Below are positions 25,202-38,480 of a DNA stretch of 64,000 bases, piece by piece. The notes beneath the pieces were generated by a model. That model was not told the origin of the DNA and did no database searches. It saw nothing but the letters and a program-made list of their open reading frames with translations. This stretch comes from Mobula hypostoma. Lineage: Eukaryota. Each line of letters begins with the position of its first letter. Positions within the stretch are counted from its first letter, which is position 1. The translations under genes were made by a program, and so were the position numbers. The stretch covers positions 24,738,001-24,802,000 of the forward strand of contig NC_086106.1 in assembly GCF_963921235.1 (NCBI RefSeq), written 5' to 3'.

Positions 25202-25676
25202 ATGAAGACCTGTGTCACGCCGGTCCTCATTGTTGTGTTTCTTCTGGGTAAGATGTTCCTACGCTGTAGTATTTGAGACCTCCCTAGTTCTCTGTAAACA
25301 CGTTTTCTTGTCTATTTACGTAACCGTGCTGTTCGAAATAGAGCTTATGATCTATTATTTATTTTACTGTTAGATTGGAGCCTGCAAGACTCAGTGGAAC
25401 AGTCACTGGATGCAATGAAGGTCGAAGAAGAAAGTAATGTTACCCTAAATTGTACTTTACAAACAAATGCTGCATTCCCGAATGTTTTCTGGTACAGGCA
25501 GCGCCCCAGACAGCGACCACAGTATTTGATTCGGATCATTGGAAGGATAGTAAACAGAAATGAAGACGTAACCAATCGATTAAATGCTTCCTATGATAAC
25601 AGTAACAAATATTCCGAACTCTCGATTAAGAACGCCGCAGTCTCTGACTCAGCCACGTACCTCTGCGCGATGAGCA
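25202..25676 (+). CDS. TCR alpha/delta-type V segment V3 (apparently functional)
   Basis: Leader 25202-25247 (MKTCVTPVLIVVFLL, GTAAG), AG at 25372-25373, exon 25374-25676 with QDSVEQ..LNC..WYRQ..DSATYLCAMS. Confidence 0.93.
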
Positions 25677-25715
25677 CACAGTGTTGACAAAACTCAATTA
25701 TCTCGAACAAAAACC
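25677..25715 (+). other. Canonical 23-RSS of V3
   Basis: CACAGTG + 23 bp + ACAAAAACC. Confidence 0.97.
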
Positions 25716-25739
25716 CACTTAAGCAGTTTCTTTGAGACC

Positions 25740-25753
25740 TCGATAGAGGGCGA
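25740..25753 (+). promoter_or_regulatory. RSS-proximal CTCF-like element (V3)
   Basis: TCGATAGAGGGCGA, 24 bp after the nonamer. Confidence 0.6.
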
Positions 25754-26276
25754 ACTCAATCATGGTTAAAAACAAAAGCTAAATGAAGTCTAAAGGATTA
25801 GTACAATTATTTCATATGATGTCACAGCAAGCATCTATCACCAGTGATGTACCCATGTGGCATTTGCAATGGATGTTTTCTTTTCGACAACTGTAACTTT
25901 TAATGAAGCCACTTCATCTTCGGTGATTCCTATGTGTTACTTAATTTATCTGAAAAATCACCATTTCACATCGGAAGCTAACACAATCATCAGTACATAT
26001 ACATGATTCCTTTTTAGGGGTACTTTGACATAGAAAAGGACAACACTTTGCCACAAGAATCGCACATGTCCCAATCGACATTATACTTAAAATTCTGGAG
26101 AAGCCATCGTTTAGTGAAAGCACTGAGATGCAATCATGTGGCTTTTGATTTCAGTCAAAGATTCAAAAGAACTTTGCGAGACTGTTGTGCTGAATGTGGT
26201 GTTTTTTTTTTTCATTACCACGCGAGACGCTTACCGATTTAAACGCCAGCGTCAGATTTTTTCCGACATAAATGAA

Positions 26277-27452
26277 GTATATGGATTTCAGCAAGGCGTT
26301 TGATAAAGTACCCCGTGCAAGGCTTATTGAGAAAATAAAGAGGCATGTGATCCAAGGAGACATTGCTTTGTGGATCTAGAACTGGATTGCCCACAGAATG
26401 CAAAGATAAGTTGTGGACATATCATATTCTGCATGGAGGTCGGTCACCAGTGGGTTGACTCAGGGATCTATTCCAGGACCCTTACCTTTCCTGGTTTTCA
26501 TAAATGACCTGAATGAGACAGTACAAGGATGGGTTAGTAAGTTTGCCGTTGACACAAATTTGGCTGGTGTTGTAGATAGTGTAGACGGCTGTCAGAGGTT
26601 ACAGCGGGTCATTGATAGGATACAAAACAGGGCTGAAAAGTGGCAGATGGAGTTCAACCGAGATAAGTGTGAAGTAGTACATTTTGGTACGTCAAGTGTG
26701 ATGTCAGAATATAGTATTAATGGTAAGACCCTTGGCAGTGTGGAGGGTCAGATGGATCTTGGGATACGAGTCCATACGCTGCTCAAAGCAGCTGCGCAAA
26801 TTAACTCTGCAGTTAAGAAGTCGTACGGTGTATTGGCCTTCATCAACCGTGGATTTACATTTAGTAGCCGAGAGGTAATGTTGCAGCTGTATAGAACCCT
26901 AGGCAGACACCATTTGGAGTACTGTGCTCAGTTCTGGTCGCCTCACTTCAGGAAATAAGTTGAAACCATGGAAAGGATGCAGAGGAGATTTTAAAAGATG
27001 TTGCCTAGATTGGGGAGAATGCCTTATGAGAATAGGTTGAGTGATTTCGGCCTTCTCTTGGAGCGACGGAAGATCAGAGGTGACCTGAAATATGTGTATA
27101 AGATGATGAGAGGCATTGGTCGTGTGGATATTCAGATGCTTTTTCCCAGGGCTGAAATGGATGCCACAAGAGGACACATGATTAAGGTGCTGGCGAGTAG
27201 GTACAGAGGAGATGTTAGGGGTAGGTGATTCACACGGAGAGTGCTGAGTGCGTGGAATGGTTTGCCCGCAACTGTGCTGGAGGAGGATACGATAGGGTCT
27301 TCTGAGAGACATTTAGTTAGGTACATGGAGCTTAGTAAAAGAAAAGACTAGAGATAAGCCGAGTAATTTCTTAGGTAGGGACATTTTCGGCACAACTTTG
27401 TGGGCCGAAGTGTCTGTATTGTGGTGTAGGTTTTCTATGTTTCTATGTTTCT
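26277..27452 (+). mobile_element. CR1 3' fragment (RT to tail), copy a
   Basis: YMDFSKAFDKVP..QGSIPGP..KFAVD..HLEYCAQFW; (TTTCTATG)n tail at about 27432-27452. Confidence 0.9.
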
Positions 27453-27814
27453 AATAAACGCGGATACACGATCAATTGCGTTTACAGATACAAAGAAGAT
27501 TGCTGATACAAAGAAGATAAAGTTCGCAATATATTTCGATTGACTATATCTACAAGTCAAAGCACAGTACAATTGGAAATATGAATGGGGTTTGCTTTCA
27601 GAAATTAGATCACGTAATTCCGAGCAGCTTTGATACCATGCGTCTTGATTGTCTGAAGCATTGTACTTGTTTTTTTTTTCACAAAACTTAGAGTAAGAGC
27701 CTTTAAATAAATTAATATACACGTTCTAACCTATCAAGACTAGTGAACTTTTTGAATGAACTCACAGCACTTATCTACCAAAATTGACTTATTGTATAAC
27801 CACAATCATTGTTA

Positions 27815-28154
27815 TTAATATCTCAATTGGAAATTAGGTGCATTTTCTGATGTAATAACACGTAACCTCATACATCCTAAAATCGTCCCTTCTGTATTCT
27901 GCCGTTCAATTGACAAATTTAAGCTACCATCAGAAGACACTGTACGAGACCTTTCGATGAATACGACAATACACATTCGCTTGACCAATTGCCCTAATAT
28001 CTGTCCATTCCATTTTGCTGAATTTCGTGAAATATATAGCAAGCACCTTTTTTTTTTAAATCTGGAATCAAGTACTTTGTGCTGCAAAGCTGTTTTTTTT
28101 CGGTTACTGGGAAAATTATCCACAAGATTGTATACACTTTATCTTTCCAATTCT
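27815..28154 (-). pseudogene. Ancient inverted V relic, family C (tandem copy a)
   Basis: CTTTATTTTCAG acceptor 28154-28153. ORF 27815-28123 reads RCLLYISRNSAKWNGQILGQ..SDGSLNLSI..ENAPNFQLR. Confidence 0.4.
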
Positions 28155-28456
28155 GAAAATAAAGGTGAAAGAGCTAGCCTTTTGTCATTGTCCGAAATAA
28201 ATACAGTTCATTATTTGGGAAAATGTTAATAAATCTCTTAAATTTCTATCACTTCAGTTCACTTTGCATGGCTGAGTTAATAAGCTGATATTTTTCACAG
28301 TCTTCCGTTCGAGACAGGCTTCCTCCTCCAATCCATTCATTACTGAGAAGGTTTTTGTAAATATTGCGCTGAATATCGGTGTTTTTTTTTTCATTACTAC
28401 ACGACAGGCTTACCTATTTAAACGCCAGCGTCGCATCGTTTCCGACATAAACAAAG

Positions 28457-29615
28457 ATATGGATTTCAGCAAAGCATTTGATAAGATAGCCCATGCAAGG
28501 CTTGAAGGTAAGTGATCCAAGGAGACATTTTTTTGTGGATCCAGAACTGGCTTGCCCACAGAAGGCAAAGAGAAGTTGTAGACGTATCCAATACTGCATT
28601 GAAGTCGGTCACCAGTGTGGTGACTCAGGGATCTGTTCCGGGACCCTTACTTTCTTGATTTTTATAAATGACCTGGATGAGGAAGTGGAGGTGTGTGTTC
28701 GTAAGTCTGCTGTTAACACAAAGATTGGATGTGTTGTGGATAGTGTGGATGGCTGTCAGACGTTACGGCGGGTCATTGATAGGATGCAAAATTGGGCTGA
28801 AAAGCGGCAGATGGATTTCAACCCAGTGAAGTGTGAACCGGTTCATTCTGTTAGGGCAAATACGATGGTAGGATACAATATTAATGGTAAGACTCTTTGC
28901 AGTTTGGAAGATCAGAGGGATCTTGGGGTCCGAGTCCATACGAAGCTCAAAGCAGCGGCGCAGGTAAACTATTTGGTTAAGAAGACGTACGGTGTATTGG
29001 ACTTCATCAATCGTGAAATTGAATTTAGGAGCAGAGAGATAATGCTGCAGCTGTATAGGACCCTGATCAGACACCACATGGAGTGCTCAGTTCTGGTCGC
29101 TGCACTACAGGAGGTTGTGGACGCCATAGAAAGGGTGGAGAGGTGATTTTAAAAGATGTTGCCTGTATTGGGGAGCATGCCTTATGAGAATAGGTTGAGT
29201 GAATTAGGCCTTTTCTTGGAGCGACGGAGGATAAGAGATGACCTGATAGATGTGTATCAGATGATGAGAGGAATTGACTGTGTGGCTATTCAGATGCTTT
29301 CTCCCAGAGCTGAAATGGTTGTCGCAAGAGGACATATGTTGAAGGTGTTGGCGAGTAGGCACAGAGGAGCTGTCGGGGTAGTGTTTTTTTTTACTCGGAG
29401 AGTGTTGAGTGCGTGGAATGCGCTGCCGGCAACGGTGGTGGAGGACGATACGATAGGGTCTTTTTAGAGACATTTAGATAGGCCCATGGAGCTGAGTAAA
29501 ATAAAGGGCTGCAGGTAAACCGAGTAATTTCTAAGGTAGGGACATGTTCGGCAAAACTTTGTGGACTGAAGGGCCTGTATTGTGCTGCAGTTTTTCTATG
29601 TTTCAAAGTTTCTAA
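28457..29615 (+). mobile_element. CR1 3' fragment, copy b
   Basis: Same 5' truncation point as copy a; RT motifs in ORF 28493-29146. Confidence 0.9.
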
Positions 29616-29959
29616 ATAAACGCGGAGTCACGATCCATTGCGTTTACCGAGAGTTTACGTTCGTGCTCATACAAATAAGAGAATGTTCGCACTATATTTC
29701 GATTGACTACATCTACAAGTCAAAGCACTGTACAATTGGCAATATGAATGGTTTCAGAAATTAGGTCACGTAATTCCGAGCAGCGTTTGACACCATACGT
29801 CCTGATTGTCTGAAGCATTGTACCTATTTTTGCAACACTTACAGTAATAGCCTCCAAACAAATTAATATACATGTTCTAACCTAGCAAGACTACTGAACA
29901 TTTTGGATGAACTCACAGCGCGTATCCAGCACAATCGACTTATTGGATAAGCACGGTCA

Positions 29960-30302
29960 TTGATATTAATATCACAGTTGAACGTTAAGTGTATTTTCAG
30001 ATGTAAAAACTCGTAACCTCATATGTCCTAAAATATCCCTTCTGTATTCTGTCGTTCAATTGACAATTTTAAGCCACGATCAGGTGGCACTGTACGAGAC
30101 CTGTCGATTAGTACGTCAATACATATTCGCTTGGCCAATTGCCCTATTGTCTGTACTTTCCATTTTGCTGAATCTCGTAGAATATATAACAAGCACCTTT
30201 TATATTGAATGAAGTACTTTGTGCTGGAAAGCTGTTTCTTTTTTTGTACTGGTTACTGGGAAAATAACTACAAGATAATATAAAATTTATCATTCCAATT
30301 CT
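29960..30302 (-). pseudogene. Ancient inverted V relic, family C (tandem copy b)
   Basis: Acceptor 30302-30301. Minus strand TGG..GTACAGACAATAGGGCAA (W..YRQ..GQ). Confidence 0.4.
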
Positions 30303-31119
30303 GAAAATAAAGGTTAAAGACCTAGCCTTTTCTCAGTGTCCGAAATAAATACAGTTCATTATTTGGGCAGAATGTTAATAAATCTCTGACATTTCTATCA
30401 CTTCAGTTCACTTTGCATGGCTCAGTTAATAAGCAGACAATTGTCACAGTCTTCCATTCGAGAGAGGCTTCCTCCTCTGATCCAGTCATTACTGAGAGTG
30501 TGTTTGTAATTCCCACCCCTATATTAGGTCACCAAGAAGCGCAGGTTTGAACGTTGCAGCTGTTGCGCTCATACCTCACTTATGTTTCACCTAGTCTGAG
30601 CACTGTTATTGTGCTAATATCCAGTGAGGCTATATGCAATTGTACCACGAGGTAGAACCCAGGAAGGTAAAAGTGGGGCTGCATTTTTTTTCCCATTTCG
30701 TTTCTATTTGTGTACTCTGAGTGCAAATTTGAAACAGAAATAAACCCCGTAAAGAACCGCTTTTCGTCCAACAATATATATTCTACTAAACTCGACAAGA
30801 ATTTAATTTACAAAAAATTTCCAGACTTTCTTTCAAACACAAATATATGAATATTACTATTGGTGATAACAATGACCTGATTGATTGAAGTATCAGTGGC
30901 GGTCCTTGGATCAGACCCCACTATGATAATCACTGCATTCAAAAGCTAGTGGAGTCTGAGCCGGATAACCAGTAGAATCATCTGCTCCCACTAATTTCAG
31001 TTGTCGGTTACTGGCAGGTTTTCACTACCAGTTCTAATGTGGACAGCGCATCGTGACCCCTCTAGGTAATGATCAGAAATGGCTGACCTTCTTGAGCGCA
31101 TGATGTTCACATCGGTGGT

Positions 31120-31693
31120 GAGCAATTGGAACAGGTCACGCTCGGGGTCAATATCTCAAATGACCTGACTTGGACCAACCAAGCAGTGTCCACTGCCAAG
31201 AAGGTCCACCAGCGCCCGTTACTTCCTGAGAAAACTAAAGAAATGTTGCCTGTCCCCAACATCCTCACTGTGTTTTATAGATGCACCCTGGAAAGCATTC
31301 TTCTAGGGTGTATCACAATCTGGTATGGAGGTTGTCTTGTTCAAGACCGGAAGTAGCTGCAGAAGATCGTGAACACAGCGCAGCACATTACATAAAACCA
31401 TCTTCCTTCCGTTGACTCACTTTACACCGTACGCAGTCGCAGCAGTGCTGCCAGGATAATCTGGGACACGACCCACCCAGCCAACGCACCTTTTGTCCCT
31501 CTTCCCTCTGGGAGGATGCTCAGGAACTTGAAGACTCTTACGCGCAGATTTGGGAACAACTTATTTACAATTGTAATAAGACTGCTGAACGGATCCTGTC
31601 CCGGATCTGGGAGGTACCCTCAAAATATCCGGACCTGCCTCTCGTTTTTTTTTTTCACTACCTTACTTTCAATTCTCTATTTTCTATTTACGG

Positions 31694-31725
<32 letters not shown>

Positions 31726-31830
31726 TTACTATCGATTTGTAGTCCAGGGAGCGAGAAGCGCCGAATCAAATATCGCTGGGATGATTGTACATTCTAGTCC
31801 AATTGTTTGGAGACAATGAAGTATAACGTA
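31120..31830 (+). mobile_element. Rex1/Babar-like LINE 3' fragment
   Basis: LGVNISNDLTW..AHQR..FYRCTLESIL.GCITIWYG..HPAN.LFVPLPSGR, then the 3' UTR. Confidence 0.85.
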
Positions 31831-32184
31831 TAAAGTATTCTGGTGGATAGCTTCTCCGGTGTTTATGAGGTGATCGGGGTAAATCCACTAATTATGTTGT
31901 CACTATGTGCACGCAACTCATTTTGGAATAGCAGATAAGGTAAGTTTTATAAATAGACACTGAAGGGAATTTCACTCATCCATTCCGACTGGATATTCAG
32001 GCAAGAGTTCATGAGTTTTCAATCTCCCTGGATATTAAACAACAACAGCAACAAAAAACGACAAGGACAATACGATGAAGATTTGTTTTTCTCTCTGAGG
32101 AGACCGAGATAGCGATTTTAATGCTGACGATTTGTGAGGACATTACTAGAGAGTGACATAAGTGCATGTCCTCGGTGATGGTGA

Positions 32185-32975
32185 CTGGGCAGGAGTGCTC
32201 AATGAGGCATATCATCTCTTCGAAATATCACCTTTGGCAGGTATCCTGCATTCTTTTGATTGTTGTATCAATGATGGATCTGGCTGAGTTTAAGATGATA
32301 TGAGGTTATTTTATTTGTTTATTTGTTTTTTGTTCCTTTGCAGTTGCCCCACCATACCAGACACAGATGCAAACAATTAGAATCGTCCCCATATATCTTT
32401 AGAAATTACTGTGAGTATTTGATGGAAGACCAGTTCTCAAGCCTCCATGTGACATTTAGCCGCTGCAATGCCTTCTTTGTAATTGTACCCAGTTTAAATC
32501 CACAGTGATGTCGATAACCACGCATTCGAAACTACTTATCCATTGCACTTCTGATTCCTCAATAGGAATTGGTATGTGTTCCATCGCTGTCCATTCCTGA
32601 AGTCCCAAGTGCATTTTGGACTTACTAAGCCAACACTCAATTAGATGATCTCTATAGCTGTCGTACGCCCATTCGTCACTATCTGAAATTGTGCAAACAA
32701 TATCTATATTTCCGTCAAATTTAATGAAGGGATTAGAGTTGTGCGAAGCCTCAGAATCGTGCTTGTAGTAAGGGTCAAGAATTGGGTATGGTTGAGTTAC
32801 GGCACTGTTGATCGTCAGCGACGATGAGATGTTATTTCCAATTGGTTTATCAGGAGGTCTCCCATTTAGGAGATCTAATCCAGTTGCAGGGGGAGGCTTT
32901 GAGAACCAGGTTTTGAGCTTGTTGATAAAGCTGAGGAGTGCTGATAGCTGAGAAGAAAGGCATCCCAACACTATT
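32185..32975 (-). mobile_element. Rex1/Babar-like RT fragment
   Basis: LDLLNGRP..IGNNISSSLTINS..KFDGNIDIV: a degenerate version of DFLTGRPQ..KFADD. Confidence 0.8.
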
Positions 32976-34231
32976 TTGCGAATACAAAATTAAATGTAAA
33001 ATGAAATGCTCCTAGTACATGATAAAGGGTTGACACAACTGTTTGTAAATATTACCCAGGCGTACTGTAATATTTCAATTAGCGATAGAGTGCGGCGGCA
33101 GTCATGAAACAATCAAGAAATATTTTCTTATATGCCAACTTTAGAGACATGTGACAATGTTGCAGTTAAGGAATGCGTCAACTGAATTTTGGATGTTTGA
33201 AATTTCTATACAGATATAATTCTGCATCAGCAGAACATTCTTGAATGTGCTGATGCCTGGATTTTTTGAATTTGTTTGTGAGTAACTATAGCCGTAGATA
33301 TGCAAGCGTCCAAGAGGAAACATAAACTCCTATTGTAGCTGCTGTACCTCCGCTTTTGCATCATACTTCAATTGGGTAATTGGGTAATAAATCACGCGAA
33401 GAAACGCTGCATGCTGTATAACAGCTCTTTTAGCAGACTCTGGAATGTACATCATCTTGTGCAAGCACAATCCAGCAAATATCTGAGAAGAAGTTAGAAA
33501 ATATAAATTTTCCCATTTTCAGTGTTATGCACAATAACAGGACGAACTGCAAATGCACCTCCCATCAATTGCAAAGTAAGCAGCATGTGCAATTACTCAG
33601 TAGCATTGAAAGCAACTGCACAAAATAAACTCTGGTCTTTCATCAAGTCTCAAAGACGTCTACACAAATAAACAATGCTACCATCTTCTCGATAAGTTCT
33701 GAAATTATTCAGAGAAAAGCTAAAATTCGCAGACACCGGTGAGAGACGAAGCAATGCTGCGCGCCAGAAGTTTTAGCTCGTTTCAGCGTTTTTATAACAA
33801 ATCGCATTCCCCTATGTTCTGTCTGAAATCGACCAGAGATGTTTACTGTCTGATGTTATCTCTTTTTTGGCACACTTAATTCGTAACACTGCTTTCCATA
33901 CCTCTGACATAATCTGCCCCAACGTGCAAGCGCAGATTGATGACAATCTTCTGCAAGGCGCCCAAGAAATTCATTACATTCGCTCACCGACGAGCGGTAC
34001 TGTGCAGTTCACGTAGACACCTGAAAACTTTAATCCATTTTTTACATATCTTTGCCAGTTGCAAGCTGACCTGCCGAATCGTGCACCAAGATTAAAAGCC
34101 TTTTATCACAGATTTGATACTGTTAGATTGCGCTTGAGTTTTGTTGTTTTAGACAGATTTTGCCGTATTTTTAATCCGACATTCCGTTTCCACTGCACGA
34201 TTACAGGATTACAGAGTCTGTGAACGTCATT

Positions 34232-34700
34232 TTAAGGTGCGGATTCGTGCCGCACCTCATTATTATGTTCCTCCTCGGTAAATTGTTACTTCACTGTAAT
34301 AACCGATATTAATCTAAAATGCTACTTTAATGCCGGAGGCAAATCTAGTTTAGTACCGTAATATTCCAAACTACTCTAGTTGTCCTTCAACGACGCTTAT
34401 TCTATTTAAGTTTGTAATTTGTTAGAAGTGTTGATTGTGATTTCTAACTTATTTTACAGTTACAAAGGGGTCATCAAGACATCGTGGAACAGTTGCTCGG
34501 TTTAAAAAAAAAACTTCCATGAAGAAAAAATAAAACAGTTTTGAATTTAACTTTGCAATCAGGTGGTGCTCTCACAGATGTGTTCCTGAACAGACAACAA
34601 CCACAGTAATTGTTGCGGATTCCAGCAGAGAAAGTAAACCGACAAACAATATACATAACTATTCTGTTCAATTCCGACTCCGCCATGTACTTCCGCGAAA
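34232..34700 (+). pseudogene. Heavily decayed V segment V4 (same family as V1-V7)
   Basis: Leader relic 34232-34277 (ATG changed to TTA; CTCATTATTATGTTCCTCCTCG|GTAAAT). Exon CAAGACATCGTGGAACAG..CCACAGTA..GACTCCGCCATGTACTTCCGC (Cys to Arg), with deletions. Confidence 0.85.
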
Positions 34701-34740
34701 GACAATGTATCAAAGTACAATTTGCATTGAACAAAAAACC
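34701..34740 (+). other. RSS relic of V4
   Basis: GACAATG + 23 bp + ACAAAAAAC(C). Confidence 0.75.
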
Positions 34741-34762
34741 CTTCCAAAAATTTCACGTGAGC

Positions 34763-34776
34763 TCGATAGAGGGCGA
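34763..34776 (+). promoter_or_regulatory. RSS-proximal CTCF-like element (V4)
   Basis: TCGATAGAGGGCGA, 14/14 identical despite decay of the gene. Confidence 0.6.
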
Positions 34777-35962
34777 ACTCATCAAAAGAAACAGGTCTGG
34801 CAAGCAATGTGGAAACAAATTCTAACTAGTGTCAGAAGGTTTAATTGAATCGTTTTAAATTATCGAGTGTCCAGTACGAACACGTTAATATTCTCTTCTA
34901 CATTTTTGAATTTTGATCGGTTTAACTGTGCTCCCACCAAAATCGGATTTCCCGGCTTCTATGCTGTTTAAATGTAACATTCTGCCTTAAGTCTTGCATT
35001 ACAACAGTGGACAATACCAATAGATTTATATTTTGAAGGGGGTGCCCGATGGATAGACAGCCAAATGGCGAAAGACGTGCTCATATTCTAATCAGACAAA
35101 ACTTCCCATCAACATCATAAATGAACCAACGTATGGTTATCTAACACAGCAACAATATTATCGCTGAGGAGTTTAGTCAACGGGTTGTACACACACTTCT
35201 GATATATTTTATAAACATGCTACCACTCAGATATCTTCACTGTACGTCTTCCCGCACATTCACTGGTAAAAATGGTCGCCCTTGGTCATCGTTATTCTGT
35301 CTCCTCTGTGTTCCGTACTCAGTATGATACTTTGAATAAAACGAAAGAACGCTTAAGATGTTATTATTCTGTAAAATACAGGGTTCCCTTCCTCTGAATT
35401 CGATACTGCACTCACGCGCATCTACTCCATTTTTCATCGTCGCATCGACGTGAGAGGGATAAAGTTCCCATTGTACTTAGGTGACTCAGCCAGTACATCA
35501 CGCCACGGAACCTCCGCAATCGTCCACGAGACATATTGCGAAGCACAACTTTCGCTCTATCTTTCCAGTTTTCTTTTGCATTTTGCAGGGAACACCCTCT
35601 CCGTGACTCCATTGCCATGCGCAACTGCATACGGAACTCGATTCTGTCACTTTTTCTTGCAAATGGAACATGTGCTAACTTTTCCCATCATCTCCTCTCT
35701 CACCACCAATCAGGGCCCAAACACTCTTTCCAGATGATTTAATAGTTTACTTGCCTGTCTTTCGTGGGCACCAACTCTCCCTGACGCTCCAGGAGCGGCC
35801 TAGAATGATAGAATAAAATCGTGCTGGATTGGGGAGCTTCTTCGCGCATCTTCGCTCTGTCCCGAAACAGAAAGGTCAAAGTAAATTTACCAAAGAGATA
35901 ATTTACTTGTGAGCATACTCAGGAAATTCAGTAACTGTAATAGAGTCATTGAAAGATGGCAC

Positions 35963-36179
35963 NNNNNNNNNNNNNNNNNNNNNNNNNNNNNNNNNNNNNN
36001 NNNNNNNNNNNNNNNNNNNNNNNNNNNNNNNNNNNNNNNNNNNNNNNNNNNNNNNNNNNNNNNNNNNNNNNNNNNNNNNNNNNNNNNNNNNNNNNNNNNN
36101 NNNNNNNNNNNNNNNNNNNNNNNNNNNNNNNNNNNNNNNNNNNNNNNNNNNNNNNNNNNNNNNNNNNNNNNNNNNNNNN
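35963..36179. other. Assembly gap (217 N)
   Basis: Run of N. Confidence 1.
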
Positions 36180-36289
36180 AATGAATAAGTCCTTGAAATA
36201 GCTTGGAGAAACAGTTAATTGATGGGCAGGTTTTCCCCCTCTGGTTCAACAGCCTAATATTTGACAGGTAAGACATTTACCTGTTCTTG

Positions 36290-37110
36290 GAAACGTGAGT
36301 CTTGTTCCTTATTTACACTCCATAATGGCGAACCGCATGGGGTCCATGACTAGGGTGGAGGGGGTCCCTGATAATGAATGCTGCTTTCTTGCGACAGCGA
36401 TCTGTGTAGCTATGCTTAATGATGAGGACTGTTTTATCGGTGATGGACTTGGATGTATCAAGCACTGTTTATAGGATTTTCCGTTCAAAGGCATTGTTGT
36501 TCCCATATAAGTCTGTGATGAAGCCAATCAACATAATTATGTAGGAGCGTGACCATGCCAGATCGTACTTTCCCAAACTCAAGGAAGTAGAGGCGTTGCT
36601 TCTGAGGGGTGAAAAATTTAAATTTTCTGACCCTCCCTACCAGTGATTTCTCTGATAAAGTCTGTTACATGTACCTGAGATTTCCGCTACCTGAAATCAA
36701 CAATCCGTTCCTTGGGTCTTATTCACATTGAATAAGATAATATTGTTGTGGCAGATTTCAAGACAATATCGTCAGCAAATGTAAAGATAGCGGTTGAACT
36801 GACGTTAGCCACATAATCAGAAGGATAAGGTGAGTAGAGTTGGGAAATAACACACAGACCTGCGGTGGAACTGTGCTGATGGAGGATATTGTTGCTAATC
36901 CGAACTGATTGGGTCTGCATGTGTGGAAATCGAGCACCCAATTTAACAAGGAAGAACTGATGCCTTGAAACACAGTGGTTAGTTTTTGGGAGATAATAGC
37001 ATTGAATGCCGAAATGTACATATCTGTGATGATCGAATGAGTCACCTTTGAGTGAACAGCCATGGAGCAGATATCCAAGTGATTACAAATACCATTACGA
37101 ATTCCATTCT
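36290..37110 (-). mobile_element. Rex1/Babar-like RT fragment
   Basis: ISAFNAII..LLNWVLDFHTCRPNQF..PQVCVL..FTFADD. Confidence 0.8.
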
Positions 37111-37529
37111 CAAAATGATTTATTGGCGATTGGCCTCCTCTACGGCTGACATGAATATAGTCTCAGTTTTGAGGAGGCAGCACGTCCTGTTCTCTATTGG
37201 TACCCTCGGACCTGATGGCATGAATACTGATTTATCAAACTTTCCGAAATTTCTGGACCCTCGGTTGCAAACCAAGTTCTGGTGCTGGAATGGAATGTAC
37301 TTCACGTAATCGAGAAAGCAGGAAGAATGTGAGTAGATAGATTGATATTTTTATTGTCGACTCAAAAGACATATTCTTCTGCATTTCTTGAAAAATATCA
37401 TGTCGTACATTCCAAGACAGTTATTAACTCTACTAATTTGCAGTCACTTCATACTCTTCTGTTCCCATGTTCATAGTGGTTGGCTCAGTGAGCAAGCACA
37501 TCGTACGCATGAACACTTCGAGCTTCGGC

Positions 37530-37715
37530 CAGCTCAAGTGATGGCTGACATTAGTACGTCTTTGGACTATGGGAGAAAGCCACTACACCCGGAGGAAATC
37601 CAGACAGATACGGCGAGTACCTACAAGTTCATTACAGACGGGTTGAAAATTGAACCTGAGTCGCAGAATATGTTTTTATCGCATGAATGGCTGCATATAT
37701 ATTTCTAGCGCCAGT
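37530..37715 (-). mobile_element. tRNA-derived SINE (HE1-like)
   Basis: Minus strand GGTTCAATT B-box-like sequence followed by TTTCCTCCGGGTG..TTTCTCCCA..TCCAAAGACGTAC core. Confidence 0.55.
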
Positions 37716-38199
37716 CACTCTGCCATCATGCTGCCGAATTCGCAGCGATTTTGTATAGGTTATATAAGAGTGTATCTCTGCTTCAACATCGAAAACGACG
37801 ATTATGACGATCAACAGTCGGTTTTATCACCTCAATGTCCGAGCCATGTCACACTTGAGTGACATTTGTCTTTTAACAAATACACTGTTTTGTAGCAAAG
37901 ATTAGATCCAACGATGTCAGATCTCAAAGAAATCCCTACCGTATGCAGACTGACCCGCCTGCTGCACTGTTCCAACTCTGAGGTATTTTGAATTACAGAC
38001 ACATTAAACAATGCGTAAATATACAGAGACATTTCCGGACCGAAATATTGCCAATAGAAGGCGCATTTCTTCTGCGATTAGACGTTGGAATTTGATATTG
38101 GTGGAGTGCTTTGAAATGTCTTATGATTACACTGGGAAAAAAAAACAATAGAACTATCATATTCCAAATTTTGCTCAGCAGTTAGTGTGTGTAGATCAT

Positions 38200-38480
38200 G
38201 AGCAACTTTGTTTGTCTCTCTCCCTGCTCTCTCCTCTCCCTCCCTCTCTTTCTTTCTATCTCTCTCTATATCTCTATCTCTCTCTCGCTTTCTCTTTGTC
38301 TCTCTATGTATCTCTCTCTCTCTTTCTCTCTCTCTATCTCTTTCTCTGTCCCTTTCTCTTTACCTCTCCCTTTTTCTCTCTTTCTCTCTCTTCCTCTCTA
38401 TATGCCCTTCTGTTTCTCTCACCCTCCCGCTCTCGCTCTCTTTCTTTCTCTCTCTCTCTTATACACTATCTTTCTTTCTT
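38200..38480. repeat. Degenerate (TC)n microsatellite
   Basis: Almost purely pyrimidine TC/TTC tract. Confidence 0.95.

Larger units (their letters stand above)
26183..30510 (+). repeat. Tandem duplication of about 2.17 kb (26183-28360 / 28361-30510)
   Basis: Both units begin GCTGAAT..TTTTTCATTAC..TTTAAACGCCAGCGTC and carry the same CR1 3' fragment and family-C relic. Confidence 0.9.

Noticed and set aside
28350-28358. GGTTTTTGT nonamer suggesting a J or D RSS
   Set aside because: No heptamer at 12 or 23 bp and no FGxG J motif; the paralogue at about 30500 lacks it.
35237-35800. Possible RTE-type LINE fragment on the minus strand
   Set aside because: Only vague similarity (WKD..LRR..WL.HL); not enough to call without a search.
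35887-36276. ORFs spanning X runs
   Set aside because: Artefacts of the N gap.
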